Source of the DNA: Mobula hypostoma
Lineage: Eukaryota
Length of the DNA stretch: 64,000 nt
Direction: 5' to 3'
Assembly (NCBI RefSeq): GCF_963921235.1
Contig: NC_086098.1
Span: forward strand, 9,548,001-9,612,000
The notes beneath the pieces were generated by a model. That model ran no database searches. It saw only the letters and a program-made list of their open reading frames with translations, and had not been told where the DNA came from. The position numbers and the translations under genes were made by a program. Below, piece by piece: positions 24,858-36,969 of the stretch (position 1 is the first letter of the stretch; each line of letters opens with the position of its first letter).

Positions 24858-26652
24858 GAAGATCTTCACTGTGGAAGCCACTAGCAGTATGGTGAACGTT
24901 CCACATGTCAGGGGGCATGAAGTGTGTGAAGTTAGCATACCTAGGGAGAAGGTTCTTGGGAAACTGAAAGGTCTGAAAATAGATAAGTCACCTGGACCAG
25001 ATGGTGTACGCCCCAGAGTTCTGAAAGAAGTAGCTGAAGAATTTGTGGAGGCATTAGTAATGATCTTTCAAGAATCACTTGATTCTGGAATGGTTCCAGA
25101 ATACTGGAAAATTGCAAATGTCATTCCATTCTTCAATAAGGGAGAGAGGCAGAAGAAGGAACCTATAGGCCAGTTAGTCTGACCTCAGCGTTTCGGAAGA
25201 TGTTGGAGTCAATTATTAAGGATGAGGTGTTGGGATGTTACAATCCCTAAAGTTTCTGCATTGCACTTGACTTGAGTGGAAGTAGTTCTTAAAGATGACC
25301 ACTAGATGATGTTACTACCATTACGATGCATCTTCAGTATTAATCAAACTGGAGGCACATGATAAAATAGGTCATAGTCAGCATGGTTCCCTCAGGGGAA
25401 AACCTTGCCTGACAGACCTGTTGGAATTCTTTGATGAAATAACAAGTTGGATAGACAAAGGAAAATCAATTGATGTTGTGTGCTTGGATTTTCAGAAAGC
25501 CTTCGACAAAGTGCCACAAGTGAGGCTACTTAACAAGCCACGAGCCCATGGTTTTACAGGAAAGATTCTAACATGGATAAAGCAGTGGCTGATTGGCAGG
25601 AGGCAAAGAGTGGGAATAAAGGGAGTCTTTTCTGGCTGGCTGCCGGTGACTAATGGTGTTCCACAGGGGTCTGTGTTGGGACTGGTTCTTTTTATGTTAT
25701 ATATCAATGACTTGGAAGGTGGAATTGATGGCTTTGTTGCAAAGTTTGCAGACGATATGAAGATAGATGGAGGAGCAGGTCATTTTGAGGAAGTAAAGAG
25801 ACTACAGCAGGACTTAGACAGATTAGCAGAATGGGCAAAGAAATAGCAGAAGGAATACAGTGGTCACGCACCTTGGTCGAAGAAGTGAAAAGGTTGAGTA
25901 TTTTCTAAATGGAGAGAAAGTTCAAAAAACTGAGATGCAAAGGGACTTGGGAGTCCTTGGGCAGGATCCCCCAAAGGTTAATTTGCAGGTTGAGTCTGTG
26001 ATGAGGAAGACAAATACAATGTTAGCATTCATTTCAAAAGGACTAGAATATAAAAGCAAGAACATAATGTTGAAACTTTATAAAGCACTGGTGAGGCCTC
26101 ACTTGGAGTATTGCAAACAGGTTTGGGCCCCTTATCTTAGAAAGGATGTGCTGAAACTGGAGATGGTTCAAAGGAGGTTCATGAAAATGACTCCAGGATT
26201 GAACGGCTTGTCACATGAAGAGCAGCTGATGGTTCTGGGCCTGTATTCACTAGAATTCAGGAGAATGGGGAGTGACCTCATTGAAATTGTCAAATGGTGA
26301 AAGGCCTTGATAGAGTGGATGTGGAGAGGATGTTTCCTATGGTGGGAGAGTTAAAACCAGAAAACACAGCCTCAGAATAGAGGGGCATCCTTTAAGAAAG
26401 GAGATGAGAAGGATTTCTTTAGACAAAGGGTGATGAATCTGTGGAATACTTTGCCACAGGCAGCTGTAGAGGCCGTTTTTATGTATATTTAAGGCAAAAT
26501 TTGATAGATTCTTGATTGATCAGGGCATGAAGGGATATGGGGAGAAGGCCGGAGATTGAGGCTGAGAGGAAAATTGGATCAACTATGATGAAATGCCAGA
26601 ACAGGCCTGATGGACCAAATGGCCTAATTCTGCTCCTATATCTTATGGTCTA
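24858..26652 (+). mobile_element. CR1 LINE, 5'-truncated and degenerate
   Basis: [39 protein letters not shown]; tail tcttatggtc. Confidence 0.93.
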
Positions 26653-26777
26653 TTAAAATTGCTGTACCAGACCATGATGTAACAGGTACAGAGTATATGA
26701 AACTAAAGGTAAAAAACTCAGGAAAAAGACAAAGACAAAATGGTGATTTTTGCAAAGACTGAAAAAATCCTTTATAG

Positions 26778-27362
26778 GTAGATAGATAGATAGATACTTG
26801 ATTAATCCCAAAGGAGATTACAGTGTCACAGTAACATTACAAGTGCACAGATATACAAATATTAAAAGAGAAGTAAGAAAGAATAAAATATAAGTTGCCT
26901 CAAACAATCTAACAGGAGGGGTCTTCAAGTCCCCGTCTCTGCCACAGGAAACAATTGAGGCCAGTTCATTGGCTATATTTAAGAGGGAGTTTGATATGGC
27001 CCTTGTGGCTAAAGGGATCAGGGGGTATGGAGGAAAGGCTGGTACAGGGTTCTGAGTTGGATGATCAGCCATGATCGTACTGAATGGCGGTGCAGGCTCG
27101 AAGGGCCGAATGGCCTACTCCTGCACCTATTTTCTATGTTTCTATGTTTCTATAGGTTGACTCATTATAGAGCCTAATGGCCGAGGATAAGAATGACTTT
27201 ATATAGCGCTCTTTGTAACAGCACAGTTGTCTAAGTCTATTACTAAAAGTGCTCCTCTGTTCAGCCAAGGAGGCATGCAGAGGGTGAGAAACATTGTCCA
27301 GAATTGCCAGAATTTTTCCTAGGGTCCTTTGTTCCACCACAGCCTCCAGTGTGTCCAGTGTG
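26778..27362 (-). mobile_element. Rex1-like LINE 3' end with (TATC)n tail, containing a + strand CR1 3' end (~26930-27153)
   Basis: ILDNVSHPLH..STFSNRLRQLCC.KERYIKSFL.SAIRLYN; insert ends in (ttctatgt)n. Confidence 0.8.
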
Positions 27363-28149
27363 TGTGAATTGTTCAGATGAAGGGTCTTGGCCTGAAATGT
27401 TGACTGTTTACTCTTTTCCACAGATGCTGCCTGGTCTGCTGAGTTCCTCCAGCATTTTGTGTGTGTTGTTTGGATTTCCAGAATCTGCAGTTTTTCTCTT
27501 GTTGGTGATAAACCATTATGTATCTGCTATACTGCTTTGCCACCAGTAGATGGAGAAAAGCACCACGTATTATTAAAATGCAACGGTAAAGAAGTATCAA
27601 AAGAAGACAGTGTAGAGTAAGACTACAATTAGTCTTGATCTCCTTGACGTTAGGACTTACTGCCAATTTTTAATCCTGTTAACCTGTGCAGAATCTTTTT
27701 ACCTGGTTCAGAATGGAACTGCACAATCATGCAGGTTTAACCTGATGAATGAGAAAATATAACGTGGCAAGGGGAGAATTAACTTCGCCATGAACGATTC
27801 CAAGCCTGGGTGTGAAAAGAGGAGGGTTGGGCATGGGGCTAGCAACCACCATCCCATAAAAGCCCAAAGCTACGGAAATGGCAACAGGAAGGATCCTTGC
27901 CAAGAAGATGTATGATTGTCTACATCTGGGGACAACTTGAAAGACTCTGGTGAGCGGCTGTCGGTGGCCTCTGCCCCTGCAGGGGAGGTGGGCTTAAGGT
28001 TAAGAAGGGGTGAGTTATTTATATGGTAATTATCTAGTCTTCTTTCAGTCAAAAAGTAAGTCTTGTTATGCAAAGAATTGACATTATTACTAAAGATAGA
28101 AACTAAAGTAACTGTGTCATATTTTGTATAGCAGTTAAGCAGCACGGGC

Positions 28150-29341
28150 GGGAGGAGAAGATGGCGGCGCGACGCAGCGCGCGCGGCCTCTCCGATGAAA
28201 TGAGATCGTATTTGTCAAATAAGGGCCGTGCACAATCCTGATTTGATGGAGACAGACGTGAGAAGCACGGAGGAACATCTGGAGAAACTTCTGAAATGCC
28301 CGGTTTGCAATCCGGGAACGAGCTGGGCTCTGCGGCGGCTACACCCTCCTGCTGAAAGCCCAAGCCAGGTGGGCTGGACATGTGGTCAGAATGCCAGACA
28401 GCCCATTGCCTAAGCAGCTGCTGTACGGAGAACTGTGTCAGGACAAGTTCTCAGTCGGGTGGCAGAAGAAACGTTACAAAGACTGCCTCAAAGCGTCCCT
28501 CAAAGGCCTGGGTGTCAACATCAACACGTGGGAGATGCTTGCCCTCGACCGTCCAGCTTGGCGCAGCAAGATCACCACAGGAGCCCGTGCAGCTGAAGTC
28601 AGGCGCATCATCGAGGCGCAATGAAAGCGTGCTGTGCGCAAGGCCCAAGCAGCATCCACTGCCACGACAGCACCCACCCACTTGTGTCCCACATGTGGGC
28701 GAGCCTTCAGGGCCCGGATTGGCCTCATCAGTCACCTCCGGACCCACAGCCACCAATCTCCCATTTGACTTTGAAGCCATGGTCATCTTCGACTATGAAG
28801 GACGAACAACAACAACAACAACAAACAACAACTGTGTGATCGAGAATCTCCAGAGGGAAAGGCTCCAAATCCTCGGCTTTGCCTATTTCCTGTTGCTGGG
28901 GCTGGGGTCGAAGCGCTCGGCAGAGATGGTGCTCGGTGCTCGGTGTCAGAGGGCTGGTCGGAGGCTCGAAGTTTTCGGACGACTCAGAGTCGGACTGTGG
29001 TCGGGTGCTTCCAGGATGCTGCATCAGCAAGTTTGCGGCGCTGGTAGCTCATGGTAGGAAGAGAGTTTTCTTCCTTCTCCCGTCTGCGTGAGATGATGGG
29101 ACTTTTGAGAGACTTTGAACTTTTTTTTACCATGCCCATGGCCTGTTCTTCATCAAGTTACGGTATTGCTTTGCACTGTTGTAACTATATGTTATAATTA
29201 TGTGGTTTTGTCAGTTTTTCAGTCTTGATCTGTCTTGTGTTTCTGTGATAACATACCGGAGGAACATTGCATCATTTCTTAATGCATGCAACACTAAATA
29301 ACAAAAAAAGAGGACTGCGTGTCCTCATAATCTAATCTAAT
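28150..29341 (+). mobile_element. Non-autonomous LINE-derived element with (ATCTA)n tail; second copy ~40097-40745 (-)
   Basis: Starts ggagaagatggcggcg. Body closely matches the reverse copy at 40097-40745. Ends ataatctaatctaat. Confidence 0.7.
28303..28830 (+). mobile_element. RTE-clade LINE 3' end with C2H2-type zinc finger and (CAA)n tail, nested in the element above
   Basis: LLLKAQARWAGHVVRMPDSPLPKQLLYGEL..KRYKDCLKASLK..WEMLALDRPAWR; CPTCGRAFRARIGLISHLRTH. Confidence 0.9.
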
Positions 29342-29344
29342 TTG

Positions 29345-30095
29345 CTGATTGTGGACCAGAAAGAGTAAAGTGAGGGAACACACTCCAGTCCTCATAGAGA
29401 GATCGGAAGTGGAAAGAGTGAGCAGTTTCAAGTTACTGGATGTCAAGATCTCTGAAGATCTATCCTGGGTCCAACATATTGATGCAGCTACAAAGAAGGC
29501 ACCACAGTGGCTATATTTCTTTAGGAGTTTGAGGAGATTTGGTATGTCACCAAAGACACTTGCAAGTTTCCACAGATGTACCTTGAAGTGCATTACCATC
29601 TGGTATGGGGAATGGGGATGGGGAGGGGCGTAGCGGGTTTGGAGGGGGGGGGTTACTGCACAGGATTGAAATAGACTGCGGACAGTTGTAAACTTAGTCA
29701 GCTCCATCATGGGCACTAGCCTCTGTAGAGTCCAGGACATCTTCAAGGAGCGATGCCTCAAAAAGGTGGTGTCCATCATTAAGGACCCCCACTGCTCAGG
29801 ACGTGTCCTCGTCTCATTGCTACCATCAGGAAGGAGGTACAGAAGCCTGAAGATACACACTCAATGATTGAGAAACAGCTTCTTTCCCTCTGCCATCCGA
29901 TTTCTGAATGGACATTGAGCTCATGAACACTAACTCACTACTGTTCATTATTTTATTTTTGCATTACTTATTTAACTATTTAATGTATACTTACAGTAAT
30001 TCAAGATTTTTCTGCACTATTATGTATTGCTGCTGCAAAGTTAACAAATGTCACGACATGTGCTGGTGATATTAAACCCGATTCTGATTCTGATT
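29345..30095 (+). mobile_element. Rex1/Babar-type LINE 3' portion
   Basis: VERVSSFKLL.V.ISEDLSW..KKAPQWLYFFRSLRRFGMS; (gattct)n tail. Confidence 0.85.
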
Positions 30096-31192
30096 TATAT
30101 TGGCATTGCTAACTTTGCAGGCATTGAGTAGATCTGAGAGCTAATTGCAAGGAGTTGCAAGGAGGGTTAACAGGGAAGGAAGAGGAAAGGAACAGGTACA
30201 GAACAGGTAACAGGTAGTGACACTGGAAAGGTGGATTCGGAGGTCATTGGTGGAGATGTTGTGGCTACGATTATGGAGCTAAGAGATCAACTGAATGTGG
30301 GCAGTCCCAGTGAAATAGACATCAGATGTGCAGAACCGGAAAAGAGTGGTATCAATAAAAGTATTAAAAATGAAGAATAACTGCGTTAGGTACACACCAG
30401 GATGGGGAACAGGGGAGGTTGTTGGCTGAATAGGGAAGTGAGAAGTGAGATGATGATCAAAGTTCAAGGTAACTTTATTATCAAAGTAAAGTTCAGATAC
30501 TGTATGTCACCATGTACAGTCCTGAGATTCATTTTCTTGCAGGCATACTCAGTAATCCAAGAACCATAATAGAATCAGTGAAAGGTCGCACGCTACAGGA
30601 TGGACAAACAACCAAGGAGCAAAAGACAACTGTGCAAATATAAAAGAAAAAAAGAAATAATAAACAAACAAACAAGCCTTAAATATTGAGGAGATGAAGA
30701 GTCTTTGAAAGTGAGTCCATAGGTTGTGGGAACAGTTCTGACTACAGAACATCTGACACTCACCACCCAGGACATTCCCTCTTCTCATTACTATCATCAG
30801 AGGAGGTACAGGAGCCCGAAGACACTCATTCAACATTTTAGGAACAGCTGCTTTCCCTTCACCATCAGATTTCTGAATCCATTAACACTACCTCCCTACT
30901 TTTTACGCTACTTTAATTTGTGTAGATAGATTTATTATTGTAATTTAGAGTTAATTTTACGTATTGCACTGTATTGCCGGAATAACAACCTTCACGCCAT
31001 GTCAGTAATAATGAACCCGATTCTGAGGACTGCCTTCTTGTCTTCATATTCAGCTTCAATACGAGCATCTTTGCCCTCCCCGGTAATTTTAATGGCGTTG
31101 TTTAGCTGGAATTAGCCCCAACCCCCTCAGTCCCGTTCCTGTTCCCGACCCCCGTCCTCTCTCCCCACACCAAACTGCCGAGCAGGGGTAAC

Positions 31193-31252
31193 CTGGTATT
31201 CCCACAGTTCCTCTCTGGAGAAACGCTTGTCCGAACTGGCAGACTGTCCCAT
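31193..31252 (-). CDS. CIB4: CIB4-like gene, coding exon 1 (MGQSASSDKRFSREELWEYQ)
   Basis: Strong Kozak GCGGCC-ATG-G next to a CpG-rich region. 60 nt ending TAC CAG|GT (phase 0). Resembles the recalled human CIB4 N-terminus MGQCLRYQMHWEDLEEYQ. Donor GTTACC is weak. Confidence 0.85.
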
Positions 31253-31303
31253 GGCCGCTTCTCCTTCGGTTACACTTCAAAATCAGCCCGAGATCCTCAG
31301 GGA

Positions 31304-31660
31304 GCCCCGCGCCCCAGCCCGCGAGCTGCAGGGTCCCGGTCCCCGGTCCCGGCGCCCCGAGACGCCAACCGCCGGACCGGGCGCCCCGAGATGCCAACCG
31401 CCGGACCGGGCGCCCCAGCCCGCGAGCTGCAGGGTCCCGGTCCCCGGTCCCGGCGCCCCGAGACGCCAACCGCCGGACCGGGCGCCCCAGCCCGCGAGCT
31501 GCAGGGTCCCGGCGGCCCGAGACGCGAACCACCGGACCGGGCGCCCCGAGACGCGAACCGCCGGACCGGGCGCCCCAGCCCGCGAGCTGCGGGGTCCCGG
31601 CGGCCCGAGACGCGAACCGCCGGACCGGGCGCACCGACAGGTCAAACACCGCGGGTTCAG
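31304..31660. promoter_or_regulatory. CpG island / GC-rich minisatellite at the putative CIB4 promoter or 5'UTR
   Basis: Very CpG-dense. Built from repeated modules GCCCCAGCCCGCGAGCTGCAGGGTCCCGG and CCCGAGACGCCAACCGCCGGACCGGGC. Starts ~50 nt upstream of the ATG. Confidence 0.7.
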
Positions 31661-32959
31661 AGCCGCAGGGACACAGTGAGCCCATTGCTCGAGCCCTTGT
31701 GGCTTTATTTTGCCCGGCGATAATGATTTGCGATAATTGCTCGGGGGACAAACATGGACAGTGTGTCCCGGCTGTCTACATAGTCAGCAAGCCAGGGCAG
31801 TACAATATGGAGAGCGACCTGTTGTCCATGTAGCAGACTGCCCTCTCCAGCAGCTGATGAATCCAAAAGGACTGCAGAGATCCGTACAGTTGGGCACCAG
31901 CGGGTCCCAGGAGATGCCAGTCAGCGTTGAACTCAGTATAGGACTGCCTTAGAGACACCCAACTCTGGATTTTTCCCTCAGGGATTACTCCCAAGCCTTC
32001 CCCATGACTGGGTTTGAGATCAGAGATTTCCTTCTCCTGGGCCAGATGCTAACTGCAGCTGATGAGCCCCATCTGCCTGAAGTGATTAGTTTTAAGGCAC
32101 CAGTAACCCCCCTTTGCCCCTTCTCCTATCAGTACTCTGCTTAGTAGCTAAGCCACACATGAAGGCCAGGAGCTGGACTTGGTTATCAGAGGCAGCATTT
32201 AATAGGTCATGGGAGCTTGTCCCCATTACCACCCCTGGCTATAACAACTTTAAGGAACCAACTAATTTCTATAAATTATATATAAAAAAAGCCTCAGCAC
32301 TGATCCCTTTAGCAGACTATTTGTCACATACAACAATCAGAAACATTTTACGCCTATTCAGTTTCCCTCTGACCCACTAGTCATCCGTCCTTTGCAATTG
32401 TTAAAATCTTTTGTTCTTCAACTTAATAATCAATGCCCACAGTTACCAAATTATCTTTCTCCAGTTTTCAATTATTTCCCTCATCTATCATTCCTCCTTT
32501 TTAATATGTATTAAAAACAGAACGATGTGATAAATTCTGAGTCAAGAAATCTCCTGTGTAAAAATAAGCAATTTTGTTAATAGGGTAGAGATGGGAGGTT
32601 GATAATCACCAAGTGTGTTCTGAATTACACAGGCTCCAGTTCAAGTATGACACTAACTTTACCTCAGTAATGATGGACTAAAGGTTCATTGTACTTTAGG
32701 GAAATCAATCTAGGTTTTTAATCTAACTGCTACATATGATGATTCAGTTGTCAATCTCAAACATGACTGGAAATGCAGTCATCAACTGCATTCAGTAATT
32801 CTGCTTTTCACATTCTTCTGCGCGTACTTTATTTTATTGCAACGTTCGGTGAAATAAGTTGGTTTGAACACTACATTAAGCCGATTGTGAAAGTGAGCAC
32901 ATCATTACCACCGTGACTTAAAATAGCAACCATGGATAGAATAATAGAATATCAGAATC

Positions 32960-34429
32960 TGCCACAATGGCGGGGGCTTGGGAGCAAGGGTGGACCCAGA
33001 TGAAAGACACATCTTGTGAGGTTAATTAAATTTAGTTTATTGTTTGATATTGGGAGAGCTAGGCAGGAGCAGGAGTGGCGAACTGGACAAGGACTGAGGA
33101 CTACGACTAGGCTGGGACCAAGGGTCTAGGCTAGGACTCGGAATCAGCTCCCAGAACTAGAGGAGACATGAAGAGGCTAGGGTATGGACTCCGAGCCCGA
33201 GACTGGGCAAGAACCCAGTACCTGGGTCTTGCCTCGGGCTCGGACCCCAGAACCAGGCATGGACATGACATGGGCTAGGGAGAGGAGGGACATGGGAACA
33301 CAGAGCCTCGGTCTCGGGAGAGCAGGTACATGGAACCATGGACACATACACAGAACACAGAGTCGGGACCCCTCCTTGGGAACAGGACATAGGGCCGGGA
33401 CTCACACACAGAACAGAGAGCTGGGACCCCTCCTTGGGTACGGGACATAGGGCCAGGACTCATGACCCTTCGCGGGGCAACAGCAAGATGGCCTGACTTA
33501 CCCCATGGAGGTGAGGGGACGAGACAAGACAAAACATGACCCTCCCCCACGGGGCAACAGCAAGACGGCCAGACTTACCCCACAGAGGCAAGGACAAGAC
33601 AAGACAAGACACGACTCCCGTGGGGCAACGGCAAGACGGCCTGACCTACTCCACGGAGGTGAGGACAAGACAAGACAAGACATGACTCCCCGCGGGGCAA
33701 CGGCAAGACGGCCTGACTTACCCCCACGGAGGCGAGGACAAGACAAGACAAGACCAACACGAATGAACACCAGGCGGTACCTATCTAGCTCCGGTGATGG
33801 AACTAGACTGAAGTGCAGGTGGGGGCTGTAGACGAGGGCTAGAGGTGAGAGGGGCAGAGAAGGGATTCAGTCAAGGGGGTAGGACAGGAATCACAGACCA
33901 CCAGGGCCAGGACTAGACTCAGAACTGGGAAGCCACCAGGACCAGGACTTGACATGGTACTTGGACGCTGCCGGGGCCAGGATGTGGACGTGGTACTTGG
34001 ACACCGCCAGGGCCGGGATGTGGTGCTTGGAACCTCCAGGTAGTGGCGAGCTCTCGACTCGGCCCAGGAACAGTAGACAGCGGTTCTTGATTCCCTCCGG
34101 CGAGTTAACTGACTCGGTGAGGAAACTTTGCAGGCTCGCTTTGGTGAGGTAACTGGACAGGGTTGCTCCGGTGAGGAAAGGCAAATTACCGGCACTCACT
34201 TCGGGTGGAGACAAGGCTTGCTCCGGCCAGATGACATTGGCACGCCGTGACTTTGCAGACGCTCCCGCACCGAACGGCTGAAAGCCGGAGACTATAAACT
34301 ACCGGTTCAACCGAGTGTTAATTGCCTCTAATCACCAAAGTCGAGGGACACGGGAAAACAGGGAATCAACGATCCGGATCATAATATAAACAAGCTAAAT
34401 TTAAAGGGACCCCGATCCGGACCATGACA
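32960..34429 (-). mobile_element. Solo LTR (1470 bp) with internal minisatellites
   Basis: TG..CA termini; exact 5-bp TSD GAATC (32955-32959, 34430-34434); AATAAA on the minus strand near 33036-33041; internal (gacaa)n-containing repeats. Confidence 0.8.
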
Positions 34430-34922
34430 GAATCAGGTTCGATATCACCGGCATATGTCGTGAAATGTGCTAACTTTGCAGCAACAGTACATTGCACTAC
34501 ATAATAATAGAGAAAAAACCGTGAATTACAGTAAGTATGTATATATATGTATAAAATAGTTATATTAACTAAGTAGTGGAAAATAAATAAATAAATAAAT
34601 GTAGTGAGGTTTCAATGTTCATTCAGGAATCGGATGGCAGAGGGGAAGAAACTGTTCCTGAATTGCTGAGTGTGTGCCTTCAGGCTCCTGTGATTTTTTT
34701 CCTAATGGTAACAATGAGAAGAAGGCAGATCTTGGATGCAGAGCATCCCTAATGATGTACACTGCTTTCTTGAGGTACCGCTCCTTGAAGATGTCCTGGA
34801 TACTGTGGAGGCTAGTGCCCATGATGGAGCTGACTGAGTTTACAACTCACTGCAGCTTGCTTCCCCATCTGCCCCCCATACCAGATGGAGATGCAGTCAG
34901 TTAGAATGCTCCCCACGGTACG
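34430..34922 (-). mobile_element. Rex1/Babar-like LINE 3' fragment
   Basis: SLHSIQDIFKERYLKKA..IIRD..HP..FSLLP motif. Confidence 0.8.
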
Positions 34923-36074
34923 AGTGACACATACAAAATGCTGGAGGAATTCAGCAGGCCAGACAGCATCTATGGAGGGGAATAAACAGTTGATGCTTTG
35001 GGCTGAAACCCTCCAGAAATGGTTTATTCCCCTCCAATGATGCTGCCTGAGCTGTTCCAGCATTTTGCGTGTGTTACTCTGGATTTCCAGCATCTGCAGA
35101 GTCCCTTGTGTTAATACTAGGAAGGTGGTGGTGTGAATTCGGGCAGGTAGGGCTCTTCAACCTTGGATGGCAGCCCACCTAGGAGAAGGAAAACTCTGAT
35201 TTTAAACCTCCGCTGCCTTGCAGCCATACCCATCCATGGGAAAGGCTTCAGGAGTAAACTCCGAGGAAGAAATCCGGAGCCAGGGTCCCTAAGGCAGTTT
35301 GATGTTGTTTACAACTTCACTCTGGTAACCTCTGCCACGACACTGGTGCTAAGTTGTATCGGCGTTTGCTCTTCCCTTGGACTACATCAGTGACGTGGAG
35401 AGGGTGAGCCCACTGCATGGGCAACAGTCAGTTCTTCAAATCTTCCCCCCCAGGCTTACGCCCTGGAGAGGACACAGTCCACCAGAGGCACAAACCCATG
35501 ATCCCCTGGGATCGACAGCTGCCGATACTACAGGTGCTGTGATGCGTAGACATCTTACCGCTCTGACTTGGGTTTCAATACAACCAAGACTGATAGCCTG
35601 CAGTCCTTGAGGCCCCAAGACCAGTCTGAATTTGGCTCCTAATGATCATGAACCCACATTTGAAACAGCCTCTGATATTTGTTGGACCTCAGTGTGTATA
35701 ATATTGGTTTCTGTTTTTCTTACATTACAGCAGAGGCTGAAAGAGTACTTTTAGAGTAGAATGTGTCGTGCGTTTCCAACATTGAAAAACAATAAATATA
35801 ATAGAAACCAAATGAACTATAAATGCTGGTGGTTTGAAGACAGCTAATGGAGAGGAATAGTGATACTTTGGGAATAATACAATGCATTTATCCTCTGTGC
35901 TTTTCCTTCTTCCCCATTCCACAGTGAACTACGTGCTTATTTTCTCAGCTAAATTTCTGAATTACTCCAGTCCTTACCCTGATCATGACCGCCTGTAACT
36001 AGCCTCAGTGAGCAAACAATCTGTTTTAAAACTTCCGAACTGATCCAGGCACCAGGAGCGCTGTACACTTGCAC

Positions 36075-36540
36075 TGGTCCATCACGGGGTAAAGCCCTCC
36101 CCAAAACTGAACACGTCTACACGGAGCGTTGTCGCAGGAAAGCAGCATCCATCATCAGGGAGCCCCACCATCCAGGACATGCTCTCTTCTCACTGCTGCC
36201 ATCAGGAAGGAGGTACAGGAGCCTCGGGTCCCACACCACCAGGCTCACGAACAGTTATTACCCCTTAACCACTTGGCTCCTGAACCAGAGGGGATGACTT
36301 CACTCAACTTCACTCACCCATTACTGAACTGTTCCCACTTTCAAGGACTCTTCATCTTATATTCTCGATATTTATTGTTTATTTATTTATCTTATTATTG
36401 TAACTTTTTTCTCTTTCTTCTTGTATTGGACAGTTTATTTTAATATTGGTTGTTATCTGCCCTGTTAGGTGTGTCTTTCATTGTGTTTCTTGTATTTGCT
36501 GTGAATGCCCACAGGAAAGTGAATACCAGAGTTGTGTATT
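36075..36540 (+). mobile_element. Rex1/Babar-like LINE 3' fragment (similar pieces 37862-38400 + and 60270-60712 -)
   Basis: CRRKAASIIR..HHPGHALFSLLPSGRRYRSL. Confidence 0.8.
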
Positions 36541-36969
36541 TATTATTTATGGGGATACAATGTATAACAGGCCTTTCTGGCCCTTCGAGCTGTACCGCCC
36601 AGCAATCCCCTGATTTAGCCCTAGTCTAATCACGGACAATTTACAAGGACCAATTAACCTACCAGTCTTTGGACTGTGAGAAGAGGAAACCCACGTGGTC
36701 ACAGGGAGAACATATAAACTCCTCACAGCGGGAATTGAAGGCTGGTCACTGGTACTGTAAAGCATTGTGCTAACCACCTATAAGTGTTATGATAATAAGT
36801 TTACTCTGCATTTTGAACTTTGGATTGCTGTGGTATCATGTGCCAAGTCTTTGAACTGCTGCACACTGACATTTTGTCATCACTGATTGGATTACAGCAT
36901 TTTGACATCACTGCTGACCTTATGATTGGTCAACTGAGCAGGAATAGTTTCACCACCTAAAATCTAGTT

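Noticed and set aside
28380..29057. 225-aa ORF as a host gene
   Set aside because: Off-frame read across an RTE fragment, its (CAA)n tail and the host repeat.
31089..31751. Overlapping 110-220 aa ORFs on both strands
   Set aside because: By-product of a stop-poor GC minisatellite. The real coding exon lies in a different frame.
33157..34214. Cluster of repetitive ORFs
   Set aside because: They lie inside the solo LTR's minisatellites and show no protein signature.
35700..35960. Plus-strand acceptor-like pyrimidine tracts suggesting exons of a neighbouring gene
   Set aside because: Early stop codons follow them, with no matching donor or recognisable peptide.
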